From assembly GCA_035994985.1 (NCBI GenBank), contig DASYKZ010000007.1, positions 15,601-79,600 of the forward strand: a stretch of 64,000 nucleotides of DNA, read 5' to 3'. Shown here piece after piece: positions 1 through 11,200 of this stretch. Every line of letters starts with the position of its first letter. The first letter of the stretch is position 1. The position numbers and the translations under genes are program-made. The stretch comes from Minisyncoccota bacterium. Lineage in GTDB: Bacteria; Patescibacteriota; Minisyncoccia; Phycocordibacterales; UBA9973. A model generated the notes under the pieces. It did no database searches and had not been told where the DNA came from. It was given only the letters and a program-made list of their open reading frames with translations.

Positions 1-180
1 CAGGTTTATAATTGGCGCTTCCAGGTTGGAGTTTTCAATAGAAACCGTATTTCTTTCCACCTGCCAGAATAAAAATATTCCAAGAAGGCCAAAAATAACT
101 ACAAAGGCGGTAATGCTCTGAACCCAAGGCTTTTTAAACATAGGTATTTTATTTATTTTTTGTTCAGTATCTTTTTCCAT
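1..180 (-). CDS. Partial (5' end) HlyD/EmrA-like efflux membrane-fusion protein; runs off the window
   Basis: Hand translation MEKDTEQKINKIPMFKKPWVQSITAFVVIFGLLGIFLFWQVERNTVSIENSNLEAPIINL has one TM helix; lies directly downstream of another MFP gene. Confidence 0.6.
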   Translation of the reverse strand, partial: MEKDTEQKINKIPMFKKPWVQSITAFVVIFGLLGIFLFWQVERNTVSIENSNLEAPIINL

Positions 181-185
181 ACATT

Positions 186-1271
186 TTAATTTAAAGAATC
201 ATTACTTGTAAATTCTATGGCGGCCGCATTTGGCACAGCTATCTGTCCCGGAGTAATAGACACTCTTACCACTGTTCCATCAGCCGGGGCGACAATAACG
301 GTATTTTTATAAGCAGCCTCGGCTATTTGCAACGCTCCGCCCGCATTTTGCACTTGGGCCTGGGCGGTAGCCACGTCTTCCGGACGAGCGGCAGTGACTA
401 TAGAAGCCAGAGACGCATTAGCTTGGTCGAGCGCAGCCTGCGCGCTTGCGATAGCTTGGTTTTTGTTTTGGATGGCAGAATCATATGCATTTAGGTTTGT
501 AGTATAATTAGTCCCGCTTTTATTTGGTATATGTATTGTCCAACTGTCACTGATTGAATGTCCGCTCGAACCATTTGGAAAAGCAACCAATAGCCCGCGC
601 GTTCCAAGCGGCTTTGGAAGCGTGCTAAACTCTGTGGTGCCCTTTTCAAGGCCCCCATATTTTAATTCCGAAAAATTGATATTTTTAAAAGCTAAGGAAT
701 AATCTCCCTGCAGAGTAGAATTATAGTCGCCAGATATGACCGGATTTTCTCCACCTTGTTCTTTTGAATCCGGCTCGGCGATAAGATTATCGGAATAAAG
801 TTTACGCTCCGCGTTTGCGACTAAAGTATTTTGCTGGCCAGTTACATGTTCCAAATTTATTTTTGCGTTATTAGCTGCGACTTTGGCCACATCAATAGTC
901 GGACCTGTAGCGCCATTGATTACTTTTTCGTAATTCGCCTGAGCTCCTTTATAAGCAGCCTGTGCTTGCTCCAATGCTCCAAGCACATTTCCAGCGTCTA
1001 GTGTAGCGAGAACTTGGTCTTTTTTAACTGTATCCCCCGCTTTTACCGAAACTGACTTGATTCTACCGGAAGCAAGAAATCCCAATGTAAGATTTCTTGG
1101 AGAAGAGTCTATACTTATGTTTGAGTCTGTAAATGTATTCTTCTCAGTACTAAAACTGCGGCTTTTGGCTATATACCAATAACCAAAAGCTCCAAGCACT
1201 AATGCAATGATAAGAGAAAGTATGATTACTCTCTTCGGATGATGTGGTAATGATATAATATGTTCTTTCAT
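186..1271 (-). CDS. Efflux periplasmic adaptor (HlyD/RND membrane-fusion protein)
   Basis: N-terminal TM; lipoyl half-motifs SGRIKSVSVKAGDTVKKDQVLATLD and IVAPADGTV flank a coiled coil; ATG start at 1271 preferred over 1298. Confidence 0.85.
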   Translation of the reverse strand: MKEHIISLPHHPKRVIILSLIIALVLGAFGYWYIAKSRSFSTEKNTFTDSNISIDSSPRNLTLGFLASGRIKSVSVKAGDTVKKDQVLATLDAGNVLGALEQAQAAYKGAQANYEKVINGATGPTIDVAKVAANNAKINLEHVTGQQNTLVANAERKLYSDNLIAEPDSKEQGGENPVISGDYNSTLQGDYSLAFKNINFSELKYGGLEKGTTEFSTLPKPLGTRGLLVAFPNGSSGHSISDSWTIHIPNKSGTNYTTNLNAYDSAIQNKNQAIASAQAALDQANASLASIVTAARPEDVATAQAQVQNAGGALQIAEAAYKNTVIVAPADGTVVRVSITPGQIAVPNAAAIEFTSNDSLN

Positions 1272-1284
1272 AATTTTTCTAATT

Positions 1285-1707
1285 TTACTGGGTAACAATA
1301 ATTCTAATAATACGCTCCAGGGTTTTGCGGTCCCTTGGCAGCAACTTGGAAGTCATTTTTTTGAAAATGGCGTCTTTTCGCTTTGATAAGGAGGAGAAAA
1401 GTTTTTTGGCCCTCGGGGACAAAGTAATAAATACAATTCGCCGGTCATTTTTATTGCTTGTACGCCTAACCAGATTTTTCTTTTCCATTTCAGAAATTAT
1501 TTCGGTAGCAGACGGCGGAGCAACTTTCAAATAATCCGCTATATTCTTCATGGTCTTCTTGCCGGATTGGCCCACAAAACGCAAAACTTCTACTTGGGAA
1601 AAAGTAAGGTCATCTTTAAAGCCTTCTTTTTGGATACTCTCTAATATGTTTCTCCTGAAAATAAGGAGAAGCTCTCCGAGATTGGGTTTAGGGTCTATTT
1701 CTTTCAT
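1285..1707 (-). CDS. MarR-family transcriptional regulator
   Basis: wHTH pattern LTFSQVEVL...IADYLKVAPPSATEIISEMEKKNLVRR...DRR. Confidence 0.9.
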   Translation of the reverse strand: MKEIDPKPNLGELLLIFRRNILESIQKEGFKDDLTFSQVEVLRFVGQSGKKTMKNIADYLKVAPPSATEIISEMEKKNLVRRTSNKNDRRIVFITLSPRAKKLFSSLSKRKDAIFKKMTSKLLPRDRKTLERIIRIIVTQ

Positions 1708-1716
1708 ATGTTACGT

Positions 1717-1779
1717 ATATACTTAATTCGCCTAATAGTTAGGTAAGCTAAGTATATTCTATTTTAACTATTTTGTCAA
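1717..1779 (-). promoter_or_regulatory. Sigma70 promoter of the marR operon with an overlapping palindromic operator
   Basis: Minus-strand TTGACA (1774-1779), 17 bp, TATACT (1751-1756); inverted repeat ATATACTTA...CCTAA-TAG-TTAGG...TAAGTATAT at 1717-1757. Confidence 0.65.
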
Positions 1780-1802
1780 CTAAAAATATAGTATAATAAG
1801 GC

Positions 1803-3041
1803 ATGCTTAAAAAGCCAAAAAGCATACAAGGCATATATTTTTACCTGATAACCGGAAATACTTTGGCTGCTTCTTTTATCTGGGGTATCAACACCATTTT
1901 TTTACTGGATGCGGGGCTGAGCAATTTCCAGGCTTTTCTGGCCAACGCTTTTTTTACTTTAGGGCAGGTAATTTTTGAGGTACCCACAGGTATTGTGGCG
2001 GATACATGGGGCAGGCGGATGTCTTACCTTCTCGGAACTGTTACCCTGATTTTTTCAACTCTACTGTATGTTTTTATGTGGAAAATTCATGGGCCATTTT
2101 GGGGTTGGGCGGCCTCTTCCCTTCTTCTCGGCCTTGGGTTTACTTTTTTTTCCGGGGCGGTGGAGGCATGGCTGGTAGATGCTTTGCAAGCGGAAAATTT
2201 TGAAGGCAAACTGGAGGGAATTTTTGCGAAAGGACAAATCTTCAGCGGAGCAGCTATGCTTGCGGGCTCTCTCTTGGGAGGGATAATAGCCCAATTTACC
2301 AGCTTGGGAATTCCTTATATTTTACGGTCAGCTGTTTTATTGATAAATTTTTGGATAGCTTTTTTCCTCATGAAAGACCTCGGTTTTATTCCAAAGAAAC
2401 CTGAAAGGGCATTTAAAGAAATGAAGAAAATTTTTACCAGTTCCATCAATAATGGCCTTAGAAAACCGGCAATTAGATGGGTCATGCTCGCGGCGCCGTT
2501 TACGGCGGGCGTAAGCTTTTATATTTTCTATGCTTTGCAGCCGTTTTTACTGAAGCTATATGGAAATGAAAAAGCCTATGGTATCGCCGGGCTGGTGGCT
2601 GCCATCATGGCGGGCGCCCAGATTGCCGGAGGCTTGGGAGCGCCATATTTTAGAAAATTATTTATCAGGCGGACTACGGCGATGATTTTTGGAATACTTG
2701 GAGCAGGGCTTATCCTCATTTTAGTTTCACTAACCGGCAATTTTTATGCCGTTATTGTTCTCATATTCTCTTGGGGACTCGTTTCCGCGGCCATAATGCC
2801 TATACGGCAGACATATCTAAATGAGCTCATTCCTTCCGGACAGAGAGCCACTGTCCTATCCTTTGATTCATTTATGGGTTCAGCCGGAGGGATAATAGTC
2901 CAGCCAGTTTTAGGCAAGGCGGCTGATGTCTGGAATTATGGAACGTCGTATATGATCGCCGCTTTTTTCCAGCTGGCCGCTTTACCGTTTATTTATCTGG
3001 CACGCCAGGAAAAATCCCCATCAGATTTTTCGGAAAAGTAA
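1803..3041 (+). CDS. MFS transporter
   Basis: About 12 TM segments; motif EVPTGIVADTWGRR; RATVLS in the C-terminal half. Confidence 0.9.
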   Translation: MLKKPKSIQGIYFYLITGNTLAASFIWGINTIFLLDAGLSNFQAFLANAFFTLGQVIFEVPTGIVADTWGRRMSYLLGTVTLIFSTLLYVFMWKIHGPFWGWAASSLLLGLGFTFFSGAVEAWLVDALQAENFEGKLEGIFAKGQIFSGAAMLAGSLLGGIIAQFTSLGIPYILRSAVLLINFWIAFFLMKDLGFIPKKPERAFKEMKKIFTSSINNGLRKPAIRWVMLAAPFTAGVSFYIFYALQPFLLKLYGNEKAYGIAGLVAAIMAGAQIAGGLGAPYFRKLFIRRTTAMIFGILGAGLILILVSLTGNFYAVIVLIFSWGLVSAAIMPIRQTYLNELIPSGQRATVLSFDSFMGSAGGIIVQPVLGKAADVWNYGTSYMIAAFFQLAALPFIYLARQEKSPSDFSEK

Positions 3042-3047
3042 AATATT

Positions 3048-3263
3048 TTATTTTTTAGATAATCTGACAAGGTCGTATATGGCGGAAATAGTAAAAATGG
3101 CTTGTAAAATTATAAAAATAGTATCTTGTAGATGAATACTGTATATTTCTAAGCTAACTCCTCCAATAATATATAAAATATTTTGATGCTTTCGGTCTTT
3201 TGTAACAATTCCCCATGCAATCAAAAGCAGTCCAATTGCTCCGATTATTTTAAAAAGATTCAT
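3048..3263 (-). CDS. Small membrane protein
   Basis: 71 aa with three hydrophobic segments. Confidence 0.65.
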   Translation of the reverse strand: MNLFKIIGAIGLLLIAWGIVTKDRKHQNILYIIGGVSLEIYSIHLQDTIFIILQAIFTISAIYDLVRLSKK

Positions 3264-3307
3264 GCTTAAAATTATAGCAGATTCTAATTGAAACCGCTGT
3301 CTCCGGA

Positions 3308-3712
3308 CTAAAGCAAAGAACTTTTAACCCAAAGATTTTTATATTGCCCCCGATTTTGCCAAAGGAAATATATATTGAGTAAAAGCAGAGCATCAGCAGG
3401 GACAGCACCGCCTGTGAACAATCCACCATCTAAAAATAAATGAAAAGCCACAATATTAACCGTTATCGGTAATATCAGAATAGCTGCGATTGCCATACGA
3501 TTCATGGCTGTAAGCACGATAGCTGCTAAAAATACCAGGGCTTCGATATATAGTATGTACTTAGTAATAAACAGCATATTAATAAAAGCAAATGCTTCCG
3601 GAGTATTGTATAGGTCCGGCGTGGGTGCAGGTAAAATACCCAAGACTCCCAAAATAGGCGTAGCCAAAATAAGGCAAAAAATGACTCTAAAAACAATGTT
3701 GATTATTTTCAT
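3308..3712 (-). CDS. DoxX-like membrane protein
   Basis: 4 TM; LPITVNIVAFH motif typical of DoxX-like proteins. Confidence 0.65.
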   Translation of the reverse strand: MKIINIVFRVIFCLILATPILGVLGILPAPTPDLYNTPEAFAFINMLFITKYILYIEALVFLAAIVLTAMNRMAIAAILILPITVNIVAFHLFLDGGLFTGGAVPADALLLLNIYFLWQNRGQYKNLWVKSSLL

Positions 3713-3838
3713 AATTTTAATTTTATCTTAAAATAAAGATTTTTACCAGCTCCATATAGTATACAAATTCAGAACTAAAGTGCAATGGAGTGTCGTTAAA
3801 AGCGAGTTGCAATTTAGTGGCATTTTAAATCTTTTTAC

Positions 3839-4372
3839 CTAACTATTTTCGATACCGCCTTTTTGCTTTTGACACGCAATATACCAAATATCCTTTAAAA
3901 CAAAGAATATTAGGCTAAGCAAAAATGCGGTACTTCCTACGAACACCAGGCCGCTTCCCGCGGTCGGATATGGCAAAAACATGAAAGTTGCGAGTACAGC
4001 TAACGTAACCACAGCCATAAGTACATGAATAATCGGCCCTAGTTCTTCATCACGTCTTTTTATGAAAGTGAGTGTATCATCACTCTTATTCGGCATTTGG
4101 TTTGACTTATGTTCACCCAAAACAGCGTTTATTACCACAGCGGTTAAGAGTACATATAATGAAACCACAAATAAAATCCCGGCTGTCATAGCTATATCTT
4201 TTACTCCATTATCAAAGTGAATACGTCCAAACACAACTATCCGCCAAAACAAGCAAACAATCAGAGCTATGATAATTGGACGTAAAATAAGCCAGATTAT
4301 TTTCTTCGTCATTCTGAGTGCTCTTTCTCGGCTCTCCTTTTCAAACTTCAGTGATTTTCTTAAAGTATCCAT
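3839..4372 (-). CDS. Hypothetical membrane protein
   Basis: 177 aa, four hydrophobic segments. Confidence 0.6.
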   Translation of the reverse strand: MDTLRKSLKFEKESRERALRMTKKIIWLILRPIIIALIVCLFWRIVVFGRIHFDNGVKDIAMTAGILFVVSLYVLLTAVVINAVLGEHKSNQMPNKSDDTLTFIKRRDEELGPIIHVLMAVVTLAVLATFMFLPYPTAGSGLVFVGSTAFLLSLIFFVLKDIWYIACQKQKGGIENS

Positions 4373-4378
4373 TGCTAT

Positions 4379-7300
4379 TTAGTGACTTATCACAACAGGT
4401 GTAACCGAGTACACAGTCACTGTGCCGTTAACACTGTCAGTTATATCCGCCCGAATATATTTTGAACTTAAGGATATTCCTGATGTATCCCATACATATT
4501 CATCAGTCGGGTCATCTTCATTTACAGTGGTAATTGAAGTATGGTTGCTATTTGATGGATTAGTATCAGGGTCATAATAGAGGGCTATAGAGGCGTTTTC
4601 TTCCGGATCCTCGTCTATCCACTTGATTGTGTAACTTGCATCGGCGTTGGCGGAAACTGCCGCAGTAGGAGCCGTAAATGTGAAGGTTGGCGATGCATTG
4701 CCTGCGGTAAGCTCAAATGTTCCGCCCCACTCAGTTGCGGTTGAATCTTTACCGGCAAAGTCTCGTGCTATTACTTTAATTTTATACCCCGTACCGAGAA
4801 GGGTTCCCGGAATATCCCACGCATAGGTACGGGTACCGGAGAGAAGGCCTTCCTCGGTGCCTATCAGATACCATGTTGAATCAGCCGGTTCGTAATAATA
4901 GAATGAGGTGCTTTGGACTATGCCGGGAGAGGTTCCGATATCATCTCCAACCGTATACTGAATCAGTTCTCTTTCTTTATTCTCCATTACCTTGTCTGAT
5001 TCTCCAACTATAGAAACAGAGGTAACAGTCGGATTCGCGGTATCAGGTTTAAGGTTCGTATAGATATTTACTCCGGTAACTGCGGTATTGTAGTTGATGT
5101 ATTTGTTAGTGTATGTCTCATAGCGGAAATTTGATACGCGAGCATATGAAGATCCCCATGGCACATTACTTTGCGTGTATGTGCCATCGTCCGCATCTGA
5201 AACAGTATTAGTGCCTGTTGTCACTCCGAGAACATCAACACCCTTAACTGCTCCATCAACCGCTTTTACAGTGCCGGACGTAGTACCGGCAATATAATTG
5301 TTCGCATTAGAACTTACTTTCACCTGCGCGGGAGTAGAGAAGAAATAAATGCTGCCGCCGGAAGACGAGGTGCCTAACGTTGCTTCATAGGTAGTACCTT
5401 CTACTAAACTTCCAACGGTAACATTGGTTCCCGGATACGACACATTTGCCGCAGACCACGTGCTCGTTCCTAAAACCCGGAGCATGATGACATACTTGTT
5501 TAGGTTTGGGTCGCTCTTGGCTGGCCAGCGCCATGTTATTGCCGGAGTTCCACCGGAGGAAACGCTCTTGTATGCAACATAATACATTGGGAGCGCCGGT
5601 CTGCTTGCGGGGTCCGCAGCAAAAGTCAGAATTTCCGCATACCGTGAGTCAGGATGAATAACTTCATTCTCTCCTTCGGCAAATACTTTAAATGATACTG
5701 CTCCCAGAAAACTTCTTGATCCTGATATGCCAAGCGTAACATTGAGAGTCGAATTGGCGTTAACAACGATGCTGTTGGCCGCAAGGTCCACAGTCGCATA
5801 ACCATAATCGTCAGTAATGATATGTAATTTCCCACTATCAATTGCAGTATTGCCATTATTTACCAAAACAATTCTTATATTTGTCGTACCGCCGGTCGTA
5901 AGCGTTGTGAGCGGCACAAGGTCAGTAATTGCGAGCTGACCTGAATCAGTAGAAACCGAAAGTGCTTTAACGACTTTCGCTGTGGTGTATAGGTCGCTGT
6001 CAAAACTGCCGTTACCTGCCTGCTCGTCTTCAAAGTACTCTACTGTATCAAGCTGGTATGTTGGCACTTCTCCTGAAGCTTTTATGGCGTGATATGCCAA
6101 TGCCGTATTAAGTGTATTGTTTTCCCACGTACCGTCTGAAAGCTGGGCAGTAGTGAGGGCAGCGACTGCTGGATTGAGTGTATCGTCAATTGCAATCGGT
6201 CCCATTGTACGATGCCTCCATAAAAGTAATGCTTCAACTACTTCAGCTGTGGTTGCAAAAGGGCTTGTTCCAAAGTTTGAGATACTCCAACCATCATCAA
6301 ATCGCTTTGTATTAATTAAATAGTGAAGCGCTAAAGACTGGGTTTTGTTTATTGATGGACCTGGGTCTTCATACTCTGCAGTAGAAAGAGCTTGGATAGC
6401 TTGAGTAGTAGTTATCGGATCGGCTTTATAGCTTGAATTGAAAATAAAACCTCCTGTATCTTCATCAAGTCCTCTCACGAGTGCTTCAACTGTTGATCCA
6501 GTATCTTCTGCCGCTACTTCCAAAATTTTAATCTGTTTAGCAAGATAATCATTGTTTTCTGTAACATAAGAAGATATCCATGCAATACCATTGTCAACTT
6601 CTGTACCTGTTACATTTTGCGACTGCAGAGCATCCAGCACCGCAGAAGTAGTGACAAACTGGGTGGAACCACTGCCCCATGATCCGTCAGCATTTTGCTC
6701 ACCCAGAAGATAATTAATCGCGTCCTCGCTTACTGATGCCGCATCCGCGAAAGCGCTTGAAGGAGATACCCAACTGACAATTTCACTAAAAGTATTTTTG
6801 ATTGCATTTTTCACTTTTTGGAAAATAGTTTCTTCAACTTTTTCTGCAGGATCTACGGTCTCCATATCTAGCACCTTCACTTTTAGTTCTTCCGGCTGCT
6901 CTTCAAAAGCGATAGCCTTTGAAGCATCCAATGTCTGCATGCTATTAACATTTAAAATTTCATTTGCCGGTTCAATACGGCCCTGTGCGTCTAAATCAAG
7001 ATAGTCTTTCGGGAGTTGCCTTATATCAACAAGCTTTTTAGCTATGGAAAATCTTAAGCCCTCATTCATTTCCGCCTTCCTTTCTATTTTGGTAGATGGC
7101 CACATGAATATAGTCCGATCAATGGAAGCTTTATCACTACGATATGCTTTTATTAATTCTTTTATATCCGAAGATATGGCAAGCGTACTCAGGGCTTCAT
7201 CAGAATTAAGCGCGAGAGCTTTGCCGTGTATGTTTACTTTTTGCTCCCAATCTACTCTGGAAATATCGGGTATGATACTTGATCCGGTATCCACCTTGGG

Positions 7301-7450
7301 GATTTGAATTAAAGATTCAAGCGGTACGAACTGCGAGGGTATCATTTGAGCTTTAGCAGAATAAGGAATAACAGAAGGAAATAGAATGCTGGCTAATAAA
7401 AATACTGATAGTATTTTTGAGAATATATTTGTTTTCATATTTTTATGCAT
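4379..7450 (-). CDS. Large secreted protein: prenyltransferase/squalene-cyclase-like repeats plus Ig-like/FN3 domains
   Basis: Signal peptide (...SAKA); QNADGSWG, QLSDGTW and QAGNGSF repeats; Thr/Ser/Val-rich beta-sandwich C-terminal half (ITWRWP...LVEGTTYEATL). Confidence 0.75.
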   Translation of the reverse strand: MHKNMKTNIFSKILSVFLLASILFPSVIPYSAKAQMIPSQFVPLESLIQIPKVDTGSSIIPDISRVDWEQKVNIHGKALALNSDEALSTLAISSDIKELIKAYRSDKASIDRTIFMWPSTKIERKAEMNEGLRFSIAKKLVDIRQLPKDYLDLDAQGRIEPANEILNVNSMQTLDASKAIAFEEQPEELKVKVLDMETVDPAEKVEETIFQKVKNAIKNTFSEIVSWVSPSSAFADAASVSEDAINYLLGEQNADGSWGSGSTQFVTTSAVLDALQSQNVTGTEVDNGIAWISSYVTENNDYLAKQIKILEVAAEDTGSTVEALVRGLDEDTGGFIFNSSYKADPITTTQAIQALSTAEYEDPGPSINKTQSLALHYLINTKRFDDGWSISNFGTSPFATTAEVVEALLLWRHRTMGPIAIDDTLNPAVAALTTAQLSDGTWENNTLNTALAYHAIKASGEVPTYQLDTVEYFEDEQAGNGSFDSDLYTTAKVVKALSVSTDSGQLAITDLVPLTTLTTGGTTNIRIVLVNNGNTAIDSGKLHIITDDYGYATVDLAANSIVVNANSTLNVTLGISGSRSFLGAVSFKVFAEGENEVIHPDSRYAEILTFAADPASRPALPMYYVAYKSVSSGGTPAITWRWPAKSDPNLNKYVIMLRVLGTSTWSAANVSYPGTNVTVGSLVEGTTYEATLGTSSSGGSIYFFSTPAQVKVSSNANNYIAGTTSGTVKAVDGAVKGVDVLGVTTGTNTVSDADDGTYTQSNVPWGSSYARVSNFRYETYTNKYINYNTAVTGVNIYTNLKPDTANPTVTSVSIVGESDKVMENKERELIQYTVGDDIGTSPGIVQSTSFYYYEPADSTWYLIGTEEGLLSGTRTYAWDIPGTLLGTGYKIKVIARDFAGKDSTATEWGGTFELTAGNASPTFTFTAPTAAVSANADASYTIKWIDEDPEENASIALYYDPDTNPSNSNHTSITTVNEDDPTDEYVWDTSGISLSSKYIRADITDSVNGTVTVYSVTPVVISH

Positions 7451-7465
7451 AATTATTATTAATTT

Positions 7466-8257
7466 TTAACTTTTAAAATATTCATTAAAACTATCAGTCC
7501 AAATGCTGCAATTTTTCTTGTTTTCAAGAATCTTGACTATGCCTCCTGTCGGATTAATTTCTGCAACTTGGCAATCGTTCTCATTTTCAGTATCACTATT
7601 CCATCCAAAACGAACGCTTTTTATAGGAACAAGAGTATTTCCTTCAAGCTTATATTGAGTTTTCGTATTTGAATCGGATCCGTGATTTGTTAGATAAATT
7701 CGACTAGCTTTGTACTCAATAGTATCGAATTCGACCGAATTATCTGGATAACCTTCTAGCTTTATATTTTCTAAACTATTTCCTTCCATTCGAAGTATTT
7801 CGAAGGAGGAGTTATTACTTCCCGTAGTTTGCAATTTTACAAACAACTCTTCAAGTCCATCATTAGTAATGTCTTTTTTAGAAAAGTTATATTTTACTTG
7901 AATACCATCTTCAGGGGATATAGATACACCAACTTCTTTAAGCAGTTTAATTTTTGGACTTAATGAGTAAAACCGATATATTTCCGCTTCGTTTTTGTAG
8001 TTTTCTACAACCAAATATAAGATATTGGCACCAATTCTAATTTCTGTTGCATAGTATTCGGTAGCATTTATAAGATAATGATTGTCGTCTTTTTCTTGAA
8101 TAGTAGAATTTGGGAAAATTTCAGAAAGAAACGACGGCTTTTCTTTCTTTTCTTTGCTGAAACTAGAGAATATTACTACAAAAGCTATCACTATGAGAAG
8201 TACTAAAATGCTAATAATATTTCTTCCTGTTATTAAGTTTTTTTTCTTAAATATCAT
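7466..8257 (-). CDS. Membrane-anchored hypothetical protein (candidate partner/immunity protein)
   Basis: N-terminal TM; FG-GAP-like KDITNDGLEEL; AT-rich; 4 bp downstream of the 1171-aa gene. Confidence 0.65.
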   Translation of the reverse strand: MIFKKKNLITGRNIISILVLLIVIAFVVIFSSFSKEKKEKPSFLSEIFPNSTIQEKDDNHYLINATEYYATEIRIGANILYLVVENYKNEAEIYRFYSLSPKIKLLKEVGVSISPEDGIQVKYNFSKKDITNDGLEELFVKLQTTGSNNSSFEILRMEGNSLENIKLEGYPDNSVEFDTIEYKASRIYLTNHGSDSNTKTQYKLEGNTLVPIKSVRFGWNSDTENENDCQVAEINPTGGIVKILENKKNCSIWTDSFNEYFKS

Positions 8258-8261
8258 AGTT

Positions 8262-11200
8262 TTAATATGTTAAGGTTTTACCGTAAGGAATATCTTGGTC
8301 CGAAGCCCAGCAATATTCCAAAGAATCATTGGTCTTCGCACCTATTGCCTTCATTGCTTCTGGAGAAGCTCCCGCAACTTTATTTGTTGTAATATGAGGA
8401 CCATAATCTAATATTCCAGATAAAACTGCTTTTCCTGTTACGGAATTTTTAATCCAAACTTTTTTACCAAAATACCATTTCTGCTCCGTTAACCTTTCTG
8501 GCATATCAAAATCTGTATACTTCCATCTCATATTCACATAGAATTTTTCATGGTCATTAGAATTTGCAGGTTGCGCAAATGCACCATAACGAATAGACAT
8601 ATTCCAGTATTTGCCAGTCTTTGGGTCTATCCATGGATTATTTATATTACTTGATTGATTTCCTAAATCAATCAAAAATTGAGATGTTGTCGGATGACTA
8701 TGTATATCGTCCTGTTTATTGTATTGAATTTGGCCACCATGTCGTGTTTGATAAGTTCCAGAATTTTTATCTATAAAGAGTGGCAAGTGCATTTCTTCTG
8801 CTATTGTACCAGAAGTAGCGGGTAAGCTTCTTCCCTCAAGAGTTGTTGTACATACTACGGAAGTAGGGTTGGAACCTTTTACAATATTTACATCAACTGA
8901 GGAACTAGTACCGTAGCCCGAATGCAAAGTTATGGTCTGTATGGGAAAGGTTGTCGTATTAATATCTCCTTCTTCATCCCAATCGTGAAAAATCGAATCA
9001 TAACTCGCACTCCAGTGAATATCTTCACCTCGTTTTACAGTAGCATTATTCGTAGGTGAATTAATCGTAGCGGTAAGTCCGGGTAATGTATGAGCTCGCC
9101 AGAAATTGGACCAGCCTGTTGGGAATTGTTCTACAGTATATCCACCGTTAAGCCCTTCTCCAATCGCGTAAGTTCCATCGCCGACATCATAGTCTAAGGC
9201 AATATAAAAGAGGCCTTCCCAGTCTCCGTAAGTAATTGAGTCCGAGGGTGTATAAATTATTTTTCCATCGCCAATGGCATCATGAAAAACGGTTTTCATT
9301 CCAGGAGAGATAGATAGAGAATCAATGTCTCCCTCGTTTGCTTCTGTTATTTTCTCGAGAGTTATCCCTGGAAATTCTCCGTCTGCGACTAATTTTAATC
9401 CTTTTACCGTTGCTACTGATTCTATGTCAAAATTATCCTCAAAGATATCTGATTCATCTTGAGATCCTTGAAGCCCGAACAAAGCCATAAATTCTTTTCT
9501 ATTAGAATATATATCATCCCCGAACCTACTAAAATATCGAACCAGCGAAGAAGAGTCAATTCGCAGTCCTTTCCATTCAAACGAATATGGCTGTCCACTG
9601 CTGTATGTTACTTCTACGCCATTAGAAATCGCTGCGCTTGTGGCACGATTAGTAAAATCTCCTCCTGTGATACCGGCAAGTTCACGATGATTTTTCTGTA
9701 AGCGGCCTAAATAATCTACTCCTGTGCGATATAGCTTTTGGCTTTGCATAAATGTACCGCTATCCGTATCTTCATCTGGACGTAGTATGCTTGGGACAAT
9801 ACGGTCAGTATTCAAAGCAACTCCGTCCGTAGTTCCAGTTACAATGCTTTTTTCTAGAGTTTCTGCAAGTTCAGAATCCACTGAATCACCTATGTCTCGA
9901 ATCGGCACGTTAAATTCCATTTTGTATTTATGCACTTTCCCAAGAATATCGCTTGCTGTTCCGGTCGCAACAATATCGCCCCCAACTCTTATTTTAGGCT
10001 TCACATCTGCTAGAGTAAGAGGGACGACATCGTAAATAGTATCAAATCCGTCAATTATAGTCTGGTCTTCCGGGGTTGCCGCTTCATATGTAACTAGAAT
10101 TTCGCGATTAGCCAAGTCTGAAATAAAAGCAGTATAGGTAAGAACTTCTGTACTTGTTGTATCAGTTACCGTAAAGTCTATTGTATGACGCAGAGAAGTT
10201 GGGATATAGTCATAGGTGTTAAGATCAGTCGAAATTTCATACGGCAACGACCCTGGGACAGTTTCAAGCTCCATATTTGCACCAAACTTACGCATCAAGA
10301 CTTCTTGATATGTATAGCTATCATTGTCGGCAGGAGGATTAGCTATAAGCCAGTCCTCAACTTTACCTTGAAAGACCTCAAGAGGTTCCTGTGTTGCATA
10401 ATCTCCATTCAAATAGTCATCAAAAAAATCTTCTATGTCAAAACCGTCACTATTCATTTCATCAACTGCATCTACAACCTGAGAATATAAATAAGAATTG
10501 AAAGTAGGGTCCATGGCTACCCATTGAGACTCGCCACCATCATTTAAATCTGCGCCACGGCTATAGCCGTAAGGCATATATGCTTCAACATATGTATGTT
10601 CCAGCACAAAAAATACAGGTTCGTCATTTTGGGTATACATGATATAAGGTATATCCTCTAAAGAGAGAATTTCAGCAGCTCTTATAGGTGAATCTACTCC
10701 AAGCAGTCCTGTGACTGTGGATATTTCAACTTTCACATCAGCGTGGCGATAGCGGGCAGGAATATCACTATACCTAAGCATGGCAACAAGCAGGGACGAT
10801 TTATCCATGTCATTTCCGGCAAGTTCAACGAGAGTTCCATCTGATCCTTTCTTTGATCCGTAATATGGTATGTATTCAATTTCGTTTCGTAAAAAATTCA
10901 ATATTTTCAAAGGATCATTGGATAATTCGTCCGCTTTGTCTTGAATGGCCTGTGAAAATTTTATCTCATTTCCTTCCGCAATATAGTCATCCGGGTCGTT
11001 GCTGGCATCTGCATATATTTTTTCTCCTCCAAATAGCCAAGAGATTATGCCGCCTTTTTCTTTAGTTTTATCAAAGTCAGAGTTATAGAAAGTTCCATCA
11101 AGTAGGAAATTTTTAACTTTCTGAAGAAAGTTACCATGTTCTTTGGCCTGTTCAAATTTTTTCTCATAATCGTCTGCTGGAGCGGTATTTATCTTACCGT

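Noticed and set aside
3290-3312. CTGTCTCCGG as the far att copy of the tRNA-Asn 3' end (CTGGCTCCGG)
   Set aside because: Too short and mismatched to distinguish from chance
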